Shown piece after piece: positions 5,556 through 15,598 of a stretch of 21,654 nt of DNA (positions are counted from its first letter, which is position 1; each line of letters starts with the position of its first letter). A model generated the notes under the pieces. It ran no database searches. It was not told the origin of the DNA and saw only the letters and a list, made by a program, of their open reading frames with translations. The translations under genes were made by a program, and so were the position numbers. Source of the stretch: Candidatus Micrarchaeota archaeon (GTDB taxonomy: Archaea > Micrarchaeota > Micrarchaeia > Norongarragalinales > SBBD01); the NCBI GenBank assembly GCA_043813365.1, contig JBDRLB010000071.1:1-21654 (forward strand). Direction: 5' to 3'.

Positions 5556-8500
5556 TCACGGAGTCCCGGAAGCCTCGAGCATCCTATCAAGCGCGTATTC
5601 CGGCCTATTATCTACATCCACCTTTATGTCTTCCAGGAATTTTGCATCCACCTTGCCTGGGCAATAGCCGTAAACGTTGCAGCCTTCGTTAAGCTTCTCA
5701 TAGGTAGTGCGCGCCGCATCCGCAATGTTCCCTCCGGCAATTTCAGTTCCACCTCCTTCAGCCGCTTCCTGCGGAAGCGCGTCAAAGTTCTCCATTGAGG
5801 CGACTTTCAGCCGGCTTGGGCTGGATTCCTTCGAGGTCATGGGCTTTTCGCTTGTCAGGAACAGGGATTTCTGCAGCCTTGAATTATCCACTCCCGGGTT
5901 TACCCCTGCCAACAAGGTATAGCCTTCAATTGTCGCAAATTGGGTTCCCTTCACCAAGTAAAGGCAGGCGGCATAATCATCGTTGTTGCATAACGCTTCC
6001 GTATCCAATTTATTGACGCACTCCTCCTCAGTCCCTATTTTCTGGCCGCAGATGCGGTTCATTGAAGGAACGCCATCCGCATCGTTGAACGACACTATAT
6101 GGTTGGGGAAGCGATAGTCGAGCATTCCCTGAACGGGCCTTACATCCACATGGAATATGAACGGAAGTATGAGCGCTGCAAGGCTCTTTGCCTTATCCAG
6201 GAATTTGGATTCCGCCCCAAGCATGCTCTTGAACCGCGATTTCTTCGTTGCAGCTTGCTGCTCCGCCTCGCCCAGGAAGTTCTTTATTTCAGCATCAGAA
6301 AGCTTGTATTTTGATTTCAATGCATCCACCGGGCTCCTGCGGAAGTCCGCAAGTGCGACACCTTTGAGGTCCTTCTTGAGGTTTGCCTGGAGCTCCTTGA
6401 TTGCCTTATCTCTTTGTGCAATCAATTCAGGATCAAGTGTTAGCCTTCTTGCGAGCCCTTCGGTATATTCGGCTTGGATTTGTGCAATCTGGCTGTCCAG
6501 GCTGTCTATTTGCCTCCTGATCGCAGCTGTCCTGGGGCTTTTTCCAGCAAGAGTATTCCTCTGCGTTTCCAGCGTATGATATTGTACTTGTACGAAACCT
6601 ATCCGATTGAACTCCACCCTAAGTTCTTCCACGCCTTTCGTCAGCACATCAGTTGATTTTGGATTTAATGCCGCATAGGCCGCTTTAAGTTTGTCATATC
6701 CGTCATCGCCTGCAAGCGTAAAGCTGTCTATGACCGATGCTACTGATCCTTTTGTGGTCGAGGTAATGCCAAGCGCTTGCCCAATTGCCGGCAATGCATA
6801 ACTTGCTGGGGAGATTTTTGCAATTGCGGTGGTGACTTTCGAGGCTTCCGCAACGGTCATCCCCCTCCGGATGAAGTAATCCGTCATGTAGGATTTGGTG
6901 CCGAATGTTTTCAGCAGGCGGCCTGGCGCGTAGAAGTACGGGGTCGGGGTGAATGCGGGGTCATCCGAACCGCTTAGCATGTCAATGCCATCAAAAACCG
7001 CAACTGCGCCGAGATTGAATGAAGTATCCACAATATATTTCTTCAATAATCCTTTCGCAAAATCCTTTACGGGAGAACTACTTAAACCAGTGCCGGGTCC
7101 GACTCCGGACATCACAGCTTCGGTTGCTCCGATAAGCCCGCCATAGACGCAATTGTTGATCGTTTCGCAAACAACGCCCTCCTGCCGGACAACGGCTTGC
7201 CCGAGTGAAGCAGAGCAAAGCGCCATTGTTGTGACGAGCCCATAAGCCGCCTTCCCTGTTTGGTAGGTTGCAAAAGCAGCTGCGGGCGCACCCACTCCGG
7301 ATGCCGCCATTCCCCAATTCTTAGCGAAAGCAGCCGTCAATGCGCCCGCTTCGGCAACAGTAACTGCAGCCATCGCTCCGAACCCATATTGCAGGCACGT
7401 TGACCTTCCCTCATAAGGCTCTGCAGCAGAGACGGTTTCCTTCCGGTCTCTTGCATATATGCTGGAATAAAGGCTGTTGAGGCTCTCAAGGTCGCGCTTG
7501 TTCGCCTCCTGCTTGTACGGCCCTATTGTGATTTTTTGGATGCTAGCAAGCATTCCGACAAGCCCACCGGCACTGCTGTCCTGGCTTTCAAACGCGAAAT
7601 TCCCCAGCAGTACGCTGCTCGATGGTTCCCTTCCGACAACCGGCTGGGTTTCGGAGCGCTCCGCCAGCAGGAGCGGCGCATTCGCGATTGTGTCCGCGCA
7701 TTTGGGACCGGCATCCGAGCTGAAATCTATTGCAACCGACTTCAGCCATTCCTCCCTCGAATTCTGAACGTTGGTGCACATGTCGAGCCTTCCGGAAACG
7801 ATGTAGATGCCGCACGAGGAAATTGTGAGATCGGAAGCGGTTATGTCGATCCCATTCACAGCTTGCGACTGCAGCGAGCTGAATTCCTGGTCGGCTAGCC
7901 GGATGGCATCTTCCGCTTTCAGGAAGTTCTTCGCATTTGCCGCCTGCAGGATTATGGATTTCTTGTAGCCGGTTTGCGTCTTCTGGCAGAATTTGCTGAG
8001 CTCGGTTGGGAAATGGGGATCGTTATATAGCCCGTCCACAACTGATTTGAATTGGCCCGCGAAACCGGAGAATGCCTTCTCAACTTGCCCAGAGGAGCAG
8101 AAATTTGTCTGGCAACCCATTACATCATCTGAAAGCGCCGGTATCGTGACGGAAGACGTGCCTGCGGGGATTGCGTCCGCAAAACTGAGGCGTGAAGAGA
8201 TCGATGGCTCGGAAGCGAAAACGATTTCCTTCTTGGATTGGGCGGTTGCAGTTGTGCCCGTTCCGGCTGCTGCTGCAGCCACGTCCGATTCGGGTTCCTG
8301 CGGCTTAAGGTCTCCCATAGGCGAGGAGGAATAGATTCCCTTGAACTCAGGCTCAACTGTGAAAATTTCGAAATTGACGATGCGGATGTAATCGTCAAGC
8401 TCCTTGCCTCCGGTGCCATCCGCATATTTGGGGGTGATGATGAGCCTTCCGGTCTTCTTGCTTACATCCTTTGCGGTGCAAGCAATTGTCGTTCCCTCTC

Positions 8501-11500
8501 CCGGATGCAGCGCAACTGACTGCGCAACGCAATTTACACTGCCGGTGTCTCCAGTGATTGTGAAAGTGATGTCCTTATCCAAATTGTTGACTGCAGCGAT
8601 GTACCTGACGTGCCCCGCATCCTTGAAGTATAGCTTCATGTATTCGGTTTTGCCGTCGGTGCTGAAGCGCACGTTCGTTTCCTTTGCATCGTAGTTCACG
8701 TAGAAGCCCTTCATCATCTTCCTGAAATTCTCGAATACGGATCCGGCGCAGACGCCCTTCTTCTCGCCCTTTATGCGCAGCCCTACCTGCCCGCTAACTG
8801 TTTTCCCATTGTACTTCCCGAAAACGGTCACAAACGTCTCCTTGGGGTCGGTTTCGAAATCGCCCGTAAGGCAGCCGTTGTCATCCAGATATTCAGCAGG
8901 CACTGCAACCTCCATCTCGAATGACTGCGAATCGCAATTCTGCTTCGATGGCTCGACCGATTTTATGTGCATGAACGCATCCGCCTCCCATGAGATCGGC
9001 CTTGTGACGGACTTGATTGCGCTCTCCCCCTCAGAAATCAGCGCTGAGCTTACTGAATCGCCATAGTACCCGCCCGTCTGGTATTCCAGCTTCTTCTTTG
9101 AGCTCAGCTGCCCGCCTCCGATATCCATCCACACATCAAGAACGGAAAAGCCCCAGTTCTGCACGCAGATGTACGCCTTCTTCGTGTTCTGCGCAATGGT
9201 GTCATCAAAAGTAACTTCTATTTCAGTGTCAGTGGGGTCCGGCTTTGCGCCTTTTGGCGGAGACTCGAACGCAACCAGCGAAGTGGTTACATCCTCAATT
9301 GAACCGAATTTGTCGCGCTTCGCCTTCTGCGGGCACAAATCAAAGGAAATTCTGCTCCTGCTCTCTACAACAATCTGCTGCACGTTCTCCTCGTTGATTG
9401 CATTTGCGGGAAGCAGCCTTGATTTTTCAGGGAACTGTATTGCGCGGATGTTCGGGATGTTGTAGGTGCGCTCACCGACATTGATCACGATGTTCCGGCA
9501 TTGCCCGAAGTCAACGAATTTCCTCTTGTCATCGAATGCGGGCGAATTGCTAGGCAGATTGAAAACCACTTCCTTTGAAAGCACCACGTTCAGCCAGAAC
9601 GCCTCGCGGTCATTGTTTTCCAGCGGAGTTTTCTTGATCTTCGGTATTATCAGCGTATCCTGCGGGACAGTGAACGTCTTGGGGTCGGAAATGAAGTCAG
9701 CGCCCGCATCATCAATTTCCTTCGCCATCAGGCGCGATGCCGTGAATGAGAACTCATCCTTAGTCTCCGGATCGCTCATCTTCAGCTCGCCCGATTCAAC
9801 CATCCTGAAGGAGCGGTAAACCTCCTTCACCTTCCGGTTGTATGGCTCTAATTTCGGGTACTGGAAAAGCTGCTCCGGTATCTCCACGCTGATTGGGAAG
9901 GAGAACTGGAATTCGAAATCGCTTCCCTCCAATGAGGTATCCACCTGGACGAATTTAACTCCACGCCGCGAATCTGATTTTTGCAGCACAACGTCATTGT
10001 AGGATTCACTTCTTGCCAGCGCCACTTTCTCCAGCGGGAATTCTACCTCGTAATTCGTCTGGTCGTTTCCGACAATGTTCGGCGGTATCAGTTTGGTGTT
10101 TGCAAGCGGGAAGTGGTACGTCACGGGCGCATCAATGAAAACGGTGAATGATTCAGTCCCGTAATCGGTTTTCTCAACGCGTATCATCCTTCCTGCCGCA
10201 TTGGGTGCATTAGTTGAGAAGGTGATTTCCGTCCCCGCCTGGATAGTTATTTCCTTTGCATCGAACGCCTTCTCCTTGATATCGAGATTTTCAACGATCA
10301 TGCGGTGGCCGTTCTCGAATTCAATCTGAGTAAGGGAGCCCTTGTGCTTTATGGAAGCGCTTGAGGGCACCATGATTGTCATTGTAACCGGGAGTTTCTT
10401 CGTAATTCCCACAACCCCGAAATCGGTCGGCCTTAAGGTGAAAGGCGCAATAGGCAGCACCTCCACCATCCTGCTTCCGTCGGTAAACTCCAGCCCCAAT
10501 CTCGTTGTCCCGGGATCGAACGCGACCTCGTAAATGTCGGTTGAGATGGATTTCGCGGTCATGCCATCCTCGTAAATCGCAAGCGATATGCGGTCGTTCT
10601 TTGGAACCTTGAACTGCACCCTGAAGGGCAGCATCAGCTTCCGCTGGCCGTACTCGTTCTCCAAAGCGTATGGTGCGGGAATCCGGATTATGCTTCCTGC
10701 GGGAATGGTGATTTTCCTCTGCTCATTGTAGAGGTCGGTTGCTGCTCCAGCAACAGCATCATTCGAGAACTGCGCATCAGGAGGCAGTGTTATGGTGGTG
10801 CCGCTTGAAAACTGTATTGCGCGAGCTCCCGTGTAATCGTCCTTCCGCACGCGCACCCTTTCCGTTATGATGAAAACTGCATCAACAGGGAAGGTGACCT
10901 CCAGTGAGTTCTGCGAGTTGATGTACGGCGTAAGCTGGATCATGATGGGCGCATTTGCAGGAATGCTCGCCCTTCTTTCGAGAGTGCCACTTCCCTTCGT
11001 GAGCGGGATGCTTGAAGGGAAGTAGATGTCGAAATCATCTATGCTCGCGATTTTCTGCGATCCCTGCTGCGAGAATTCCGTGTCCGAATCGAAATCAAGG
11101 TAAGTGGGGAATGGAAGCGCTATTGTGTAGGAGCTCGTTGCAAAAGGCTGGTATCGGCCCGAAAGCTGGTTCATATTGAATCCGCTGTAACCGACCTGCT
11201 GCACGAGGCCCGACTGCCGTATGTAACTCGGCGACGCCTCAATTGCGACTCCCGGAGGAACGATCACGGTTTTCCCTCCCGCAGTAACAGCCGGGTAGGC
11301 CTGCATGTAATTATATGAGCTGTAATATGAGTTACCTACTCCGGAAAGCTGCGCGCCCGCATCAAAAAGAACCCGTTCCTTGCTCGGAAGCTCGACAAGA
11401 AGCGAGCCGTCCGCATTGTATTTTGTTTTCGAATCCGTCGGGATAACTGCCGTAAGTGCAACGGGAAGCGTAACGCGCAGCCCGTCCTTGAGATGGCAGT

Positions 11501-14500
11501 TTTCAGAGGAAGCGATTGCAACCTCTACTGTTGTGCTCTTCTTCGAGGAAATTCCGTTGGTTGAAGCAAAAAAATCAACTTTGCCCTTGATTGTCTCCTC
11601 CTCGAACCTGCACGAATCCGCCTTCGTTGTTTTCGCGTTCACCCTGAATTCAAAATTCTCCCCGGGCGAGATGGTTTTGGAAAGTGGCTCAACGAAAATG
11701 CTTGAAATGGACGATTGCGAATTGATGAGAATTGGGTAGGGGCCCTCATTGGAAACGGTCAGTGTCTGGTAATCGGTGCTCGTTTTGGGAGGCGTGAGTG
11801 CAAAACTCACGGCATCGCTTGAAACCGACCACAATTTGTTGAGGTCCTGCTGCCTGTAATCCGTGTTTATAACGAACGGTATGTCCGCCTCCTGCTCCGC
11901 GGACCCCAGCTTCGCCTTGATTTTCACTTTTCCTTGCAGCTTTTCCTTCAGCTGTTGGGGATTGGATGAGATTTTCAATATGGATTCCGAAATTGCAGCC
12001 TGTAAATTGTTCGCCTGCGTTTCGGTCGCCTTTACTTTCGCGGAAGTCAGCTCGAGGCTCACGTCGGTATATTTTGCAGTTGGAAGCACTAGCGAATAGG
12101 AAAGGGAGAGCTCGTTTGCAAGCAGATTGTTAAGTGTGAATTCCGATGAGCTCGATTCCTCCGGGTCAACTGTCAATGCAAGCCCCTTGGGGTCGAACGA
12201 GAAGAGCGTTGTTGCGCTTACGGGGATGGTGCCCGTCTTCTGCTTGAACCCTTCTGCCGAAATTTTGTAGGAGATGGAGCCGATTGCGGGCGGATTCACG
12301 TTCTCAATCACATAAGTGAGCGTCCCGTCGCGCGCCTCCTGCGCTTCCGCCTCCAAAATATTGCCTCCCAGCGCATCGATGCCGTTCCCTATTGTGACGA
12401 ATGCATTTTTTACGGGAAGGTCGAGCGAATCCAAAACGGTAAATGTAAGTTTGTTGTCCTTCAGCGCCTTCATGGTTTTCCCGCCGCCCTTGTCAACTAT
12501 CGCATTGTAGGAAACTTTCAAATCCGGCTTTTCCCCGACAATCCTTGCCGAAAGGGATTTCCCTATTGAGAATTCGCCGTTGGTTGCAAGGAATTGCAAA
12601 TCAACGTCGTTCGCGAGCCTCCTTGCCTGGATTGTGAATGAGCCTTCCGCATTGTCAACCGGGGAGACAAGGGAAAGAATCTGCTGGTCCTCGGTGGTTT
12701 TCAAAACCGCTTTTGCCGTGCCGCTCTCGCCATCCGTCAATGAGACTGTTTGGTCGTTCAGCGGCGCGCTGAGTTCCACCAGCGTCCCCTTTGGCGCAAT
12801 GAGCTTGAATTTTACCAGGAACCTCTCGGAAATCGATGCCTCGAAATTGTTTTCGGCAGTGCCCGAGTTGCCCTCGAAATTCGCCTGCAGGCACAATCCG
12901 TTCTCGCACCTTCCCTCGAAGGATATCGCGAGAATTTCGTTCCTCATTGCAGCGAAAACTGCCCCCCTTGGAACGCCGTCATCAACAGGATCGCGGAGCA
13001 CTTCCTTGTCCGTGAAAATAGCAGATCTGTACTGCAGGTCAACATTCCCCTTCTCTATTGCACGCGTCTTGAATTGCACGGCAACTTCCCTGCTTCCCTC
13101 GAAAGGCTGGAATTCGAAATGCACGTATTTGTAAGCATCTGCGGCAAACTCATCCGCAAGGTTGGTTGTTGGGGATGCATCAATGTCTGGGGAAGGCGAA
13201 CCCTCACTGCTAACAACCCTATTCACGGGCTCTGAAGCATCCGCGCTTGCGCTTTTCGTGACAACGGCGCCAACAGCTGAATAGCCCACGATTTCCGCAT
13301 TCTCGCTCGAGAGCTCAACTCCCGCATTGCCTATCCTGACCTGGAATTCCGTCTTTGAGATTTTGATGTTCGGCCTGTTGAGCGTGAATTTCGCAACGTA
13401 TGTAGTGGATGGTGAAAGCGTGCTCACCTGCTCGTTCTTGAGGTTGAATATTCCTCCAAAAGCCACTTTCGTCTTGTCCGCAATGTCCGATGAGATGAGC
13501 GGGAACACCATCTTATTGTCAATGTTCGGCTTCACTTCCACTTCGCTCGAGTAAAAGGTGTCGTATTTGGAAGCGGTTACAACTGCAACGTAATATCCCT
13601 CCTGCAGACTCACGGAGCACCTGCCATTCTTCGTGATGCACGACCCCACGGAGGAAAATTCAACATCCGACGGGGAGAACTCGACTTTCGCATTCTCCAC
13701 ATTCTTCCCTGTGAAATGATCCTTCACCTGCACAACAGCGCGTCCTTTGGCTGGCTTCATGGTGATTTTCAGGAGGTTGATCCCTTCCTCCTCGCCAGTC
13801 CCCTGCTTTGTGAGCTCCACAATTGAACTCATCCCCGTCCTTCCATTCAATGACGCCTTCGCAAATAATTTCATAAGCGGCAATTCATCGAAGGATGCGA
13901 TTCCGTCATTCCCCGCGATTTTCTCAATGGTCCCGAGCGGGAACCCGTCCTCGTAAAAAAGCGAAACGGATGCTTGCGGGACCGCCTCGCCATTCTGGTT
14001 CTCTACCTGCACCTTCACCTTTCCGGAATTAGCATCAGTTGCCCTTTCCAGCATGATGTCATAAATATTGCCCCTCTCCGCATTCTTGTACGAGCCAGGC
14101 AAATAGCCCGGTTTGGTTGCTGTCGCATAATAAATGCCCGTGCCGGCCTCCTCGTAGGTTGCAACGCCGTCTGAGGGGTTCTTTTCCGAAATTTTGACAT
14201 TTTTCTCATCATAAAGTTTCACAACCGGATTGACTATTGCGCCACCGGAAGTGTCCTTCACGGCAATTTTTATCGCTCTCATGTCCGCCTCGGAAATTTT
14301 CTGGAGGTCGATGATTATGCGCGTTTCCGATTCTATTGTCGCCTCTTCCGTTCCAGCGACATATCCCGCCAATTTCGCTACCAATTTGAATTTCCTCCCC
14401 AATTTGTAATTCTCGGGAGTGGTATAGCCGTTATCGCCCGTAAGGAGGCTGTTTTGCTTCTGGTTGGTTTCGTAATCCAGCACATCTACTGCAACTCCCT

Positions 14501-15287
14501 TCAGGGGATCGTTTTTCACGGAATCCCTTACAAGCACCCTTAATGCGCCCTGGTCCGCAACCTCGTTGCCCTTCAGCGTGATAACAATCGTGTCGTCGGT
14601 ACTCTTCGACACTTCCACCCGTTCCGACTTGAACCCGGGCGCAATTGCCTGCACGAAATATTTTGTGCTGGGGAGTATGTTGAAAGTGGCGGACAAAATT
14701 GCTGTTTTGGATTCCGAAATGAAGCCGTCAGAATCGAAAAGGTTGATTTTGACCCCTTCGGCGGTTTCGGGCCCCCTTACCTCCACGCCGAGCTTAAGCC
14801 GTTCCTCCACGACTGCGGTGGAGGAAGTGAGGTCAACGCGGTCGGTTCCCGCCTGTATGGCGATCTGAGACGTATCCAGCTCAAGAGAAATCCCGTCCTG
14901 GCTCTGCGCTGCAACGGAATATGAGCTGCCTATCCTCAGGTTTTCGAATGTTATCTGCCCCAATGAATTAGTGGTTCCATCATGGCTGGTATCGGATGCC
15001 TCCGCGATGAACGCAACCTTCGCCCCGGGAACCGGCCTTCCGAGCGAATCCTTAAGAGTGAGGAGGATGGTTGTTTCCTTCGGCTTGAGTATGCTGATCT
15101 GGCCTCCCGGAGCCATCAGGTAAAGCGCGCCCAGCGCTATTGCCAGGATGAGGAAAATGAAAAACGGCATAGCGGGTATGCCCTTTTCCTCAAGGCTGTC
15201 TGATATTCCGCGGAAAGGCATGCCCTTCTCGTCGGACCATTGCAAAAACGATTCCCATTTTTCCTGAAGGCTTTCGGCTATTCCCAT
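5556..15287 (-). CDS. Giant (3243 aa) membrane-anchored surface protein with carboxypeptidase-regulatory-like/Ig-like beta-sandwich repeats
   Basis: 9.7-kb uninterrupted ORF. N-terminal TM (PFFIFLILAIALGALYLM), at least 6 tandem VxVKD..G.PV..A.V units, many Cys pairs, and a distal hydrophobic Ala/Gly region with coiled coil. TTTAAATA box at ~15323-15330 (- strand). Confidence 0.9.
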   Translation of the reverse strand: MGIAESLQEKWESFLQWSDEKGMPFRGISDSLEEKGIPAMPFFIFLILAIALGALYLMAPGGQISILKPKETTILLTLKDSLGRPVPGAKVAFIAEASDTSHDGTTNSLGQITFENLRIGSSYSVAAQSQDGISLELDTSQIAIQAGTDRVDLTSSTAVVEERLKLGVEVRGPETAEGVKINLFDSDGFISESKTAILSATFNILPSTKYFVQAIAPGFKSERVEVSKSTDDTIVITLKGNEVADQGALRVLVRDSVKNDPLKGVAVDVLDYETNQKQNSLLTGDNGYTTPENYKLGRKFKLVAKLAGYVAGTEEATIESETRIIIDLQKISEADMRAIKIAVKDTSGGAIVNPVVKLYDEKNVKISEKNPSDGVATYEEAGTGIYYATATKPGYLPGSYKNAERGNIYDIMLERATDANSGKVKVQVENQNGEAVPQASVSLFYEDGFPLGTIEKIAGNDGIASFDELPLMKLFAKASLNGRTGMSSIVELTKQGTGEEEGINLLKITMKPAKGRAVVQVKDHFTGKNVENAKVEFSPSDVEFSSVGSCITKNGRCSVSLQEGYYVAVVTASKYDTFYSSEVEVKPNIDNKMVFPLISSDIADKTKVAFGGIFNLKNEQVSTLSPSTTYVAKFTLNRPNIKISKTEFQVRIGNAGVELSSENAEIVGYSAVGAVVTKSASADASEPVNRVVSSEGSPSPDIDASPTTNLADEFAADAYKYVHFEFQPFEGSREVAVQFKTRAIEKGNVDLQYRSAIFTDKEVLRDPVDDGVPRGAVFAAMRNEILAISFEGRCENGLCLQANFEGNSGTAENNFEASISERFLVKFKLIAPKGTLVELSAPLNDQTVSLTDGESGTAKAVLKTTEDQQILSLVSPVDNAEGSFTIQARRLANDVDLQFLATNGEFSIGKSLSARIVGEKPDLKVSYNAIVDKGGGKTMKALKDNKLTFTVLDSLDLPVKNAFVTIGNGIDALGGNILEAEAQEARDGTLTYVIENVNPPAIGSISYKISAEGFKQKTGTIPVSATTLFSFDPKGLALTVDPEESSSSEFTLNNLLANELSLSYSLVLPTAKYTDVSLELTSAKVKATETQANNLQAAISESILKISSNPQQLKEKLQGKVKIKAKLGSAEQEADIPFVINTDYRQQDLNKLWSVSSDAVSFALTPPKTSTDYQTLTVSNEGPYPILINSQSSISSIFVEPLSKTISPGENFEFRVNAKTTKADSCRFEEETIKGKVDFFASTNGISSKKSTTVEVAIASSENCHLKDGLRVTLPVALTAVIPTDSKTKYNADGSLLVELPSKERVLFDAGAQLSGVGNSYYSSYNYMQAYPAVTAGGKTVIVPPGVAIEASPSYIRQSGLVQQVGYSGFNMNQLSGRYQPFATSSYTIALPFPTYLDFDSDTEFSQQGSQKIASIDDFDIYFPSSIPLTKGSGTLERRASIPANAPIMIQLTPYINSQNSLEVTFPVDAVFIITERVRVRKDDYTGARAIQFSSGTTITLPPDAQFSNDAVAGAATDLYNEQRKITIPAGSIIRIPAPYALENEYGQRKLMLPFRVQFKVPKNDRISLAIYEDGMTAKSISTDIYEVAFDPGTTRLGLEFTDGSRMVEVLPIAPFTLRPTDFGVVGITKKLPVTMTIMVPSSASIKHKGSLTQIEFENGHRMIVENLDIKEKAFDAKEITIQAGTEITFSTNAPNAAGRMIRVEKTDYGTESFTVFIDAPVTYHFPLANTKLIPPNIVGNDQTNYEVEFPLEKVALARSESYNDVVLQKSDSRRGVKFVQVDTSLEGSDFEFQFSFPISVEIPEQLFQYPKLEPYNRKVKEVYRSFRMVESGELKMSDPETKDEFSFTASRLMAKEIDDAGADFISDPKTFTVPQDTLIIPKIKKTPLENNDREAFWLNVVLSKEVVFNLPSNSPAFDDKRKFVDFGQCRNIVINVGERTYNIPNIRAIQFPEKSRLLPANAINEENVQQIVVESRSRISFDLCPQKAKRDKFGSIEDVTTSLVAFESPPKGAKPDPTDTEIEVTFDDTIAQNTKKAYICVQNWGFSVLDVWMDIGGGQLSSKKKLEYQTGGYYGDSVSSALISEGESAIKSVTRPISWEADAFMHIKSVEPSKQNCDSQSFEMEVAVPAEYLDDNGCLTGDFETDPKETFVTVFGKYNGKTVSGQVGLRIKGEKKGVCAGSVFENFRKMMKGFYVNYDAKETNVRFSTDGKTEYMKLYFKDAGHVRYIAAVNNLDKDITFTITGDTGSVNCVAQSVALHPGEGTTIACTAKDVSKKTGRLIITPKYADGTGGKELDDYIRIVNFEIFTVEPEFKGIYSSSPMGDLKPQEPESDVAAAAAGTGTTATAQSKKEIVFASEPSISSRLSFADAIPAGTSSVTIPALSDDVMGCQTNFCSSGQVEKAFSGFAGQFKSVVDGLYNDPHFPTELSKFCQKTQTGYKKSIILQAANAKNFLKAEDAIRLADQEFSSLQSQAVNGIDITASDLTISSCGIYIVSGRLDMCTNVQNSREEWLKSVAIDFSSDAGPKCADTIANAPLLLAERSETQPVVGREPSSSVLLGNFAFESQDSSAGGLVGMLASIQKITIGPYKQEANKRDLESLNSLYSSIYARDRKETVSAAEPYEGRSTCLQYGFGAMAAVTVAEAGALTAAFAKNWGMAASGVGAPAAAFATYQTGKAAYGLVTTMALCSASLGQAVVRQEGVVCETINNCVYGGLIGATEAVMSGVGPGTGLSSSPVKDFAKGLLKKYIVDTSFNLGAVAVFDGIDMLSGSDDPAFTPTPYFYAPGRLLKTFGTKSYMTDYFIRRGMTVAEASKVTTAIAKISPASYALPAIGQALGITSTTKGSVASVIDSFTLAGDDGYDKLKAAYAALNPKSTDVLTKGVEELRVEFNRIGFVQVQYHTLETQRNTLAGKSPRTAAIRRQIDSLDSQIAQIQAEYTEGLARRLTLDPELIAQRDKAIKELQANLKKDLKGVALADFRRSPVDALKSKYKLSDAEIKNFLGEAEQQAATKKSRFKSMLGAESKFLDKAKSLAALILPFIFHVDVRPVQGMLDYRFPNHIVSFNDADGVPSMNRICGQKIGTEEECVNKLDTEALCNNDDYAACLYLVKGTQFATIEGYTLLAGVNPGVDNSRLQKSLFLTSEKPMTSKESSPSRLKVASMENFDALPQEAAEGGGTEIAGGNIADAARTTYEKLNEGCNVYGYCPGKVDAKFLEDIKVDVDNRPEYALDRMLEASGTP

Positions 15288-15354
15288 AGGTGATCCTCTG
15301 GAAGAATTCTAGGTTATTCATCTATTTAAATAACACCTCTAGGGGAGATAACCC

Positions 15355-15440
15355 CGACACCAAGGGGAAAGCATTCCCCTACCGTGTCGCCCTACCCCTT
15401 CAATTGTGTTGCCTCTACCCCTCTTAATTAGTTTTGGCTA
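15355..15440 (-). repeat. Palindromic dispersed repeat element, copy 2 (inverted, with partial internal duplication)
   Basis: The minus strand reads GAGGGGTAGAGGCAACAC..GAAGGGGTAGGGCGACACGGTAGGGGAATGCTTTCCCCTTGGTGTCG, matching 1677-1726. Confidence 0.7.
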
Positions 15441-15550
15441 TTAGATTGCCCAAACCCCCCTCTGAATTTTTTACCCCTGTCACGCAAATTTTTTTACCCC
15501 GCTTAATTTGTTCGGCTATTCGATTGCCCCAAACCCCCCGTTTATTTTTT
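15416..15550 (+). repeat. Imperfect ~55-bp direct repeat, 79-bp period
   Basis: tacccctcttaattagttttggctattagattgcccaaacccccc (from 15416) versus taccccgcttaatttgttcggctattcgattgccccaaacccccc (from 15495). Confidence 0.75.
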
Positions 15551-15598
15551 TGCCTCGGATGGATTTTTTTTTGAAAATCCACCTATCGTTGATGCATT

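Noticed and set aside
5707..15203. Numerous 60-184 aa ORFs inside the giant gene
   Set aside because: Antisense or alternate-frame shadows of a long coding sequence, with no motifs or independent signals.
15384..15550. CRISPR mini-array
   Set aside because: Only two degenerate copies of each unit, no regular repeat-spacer period, and no cas genes.
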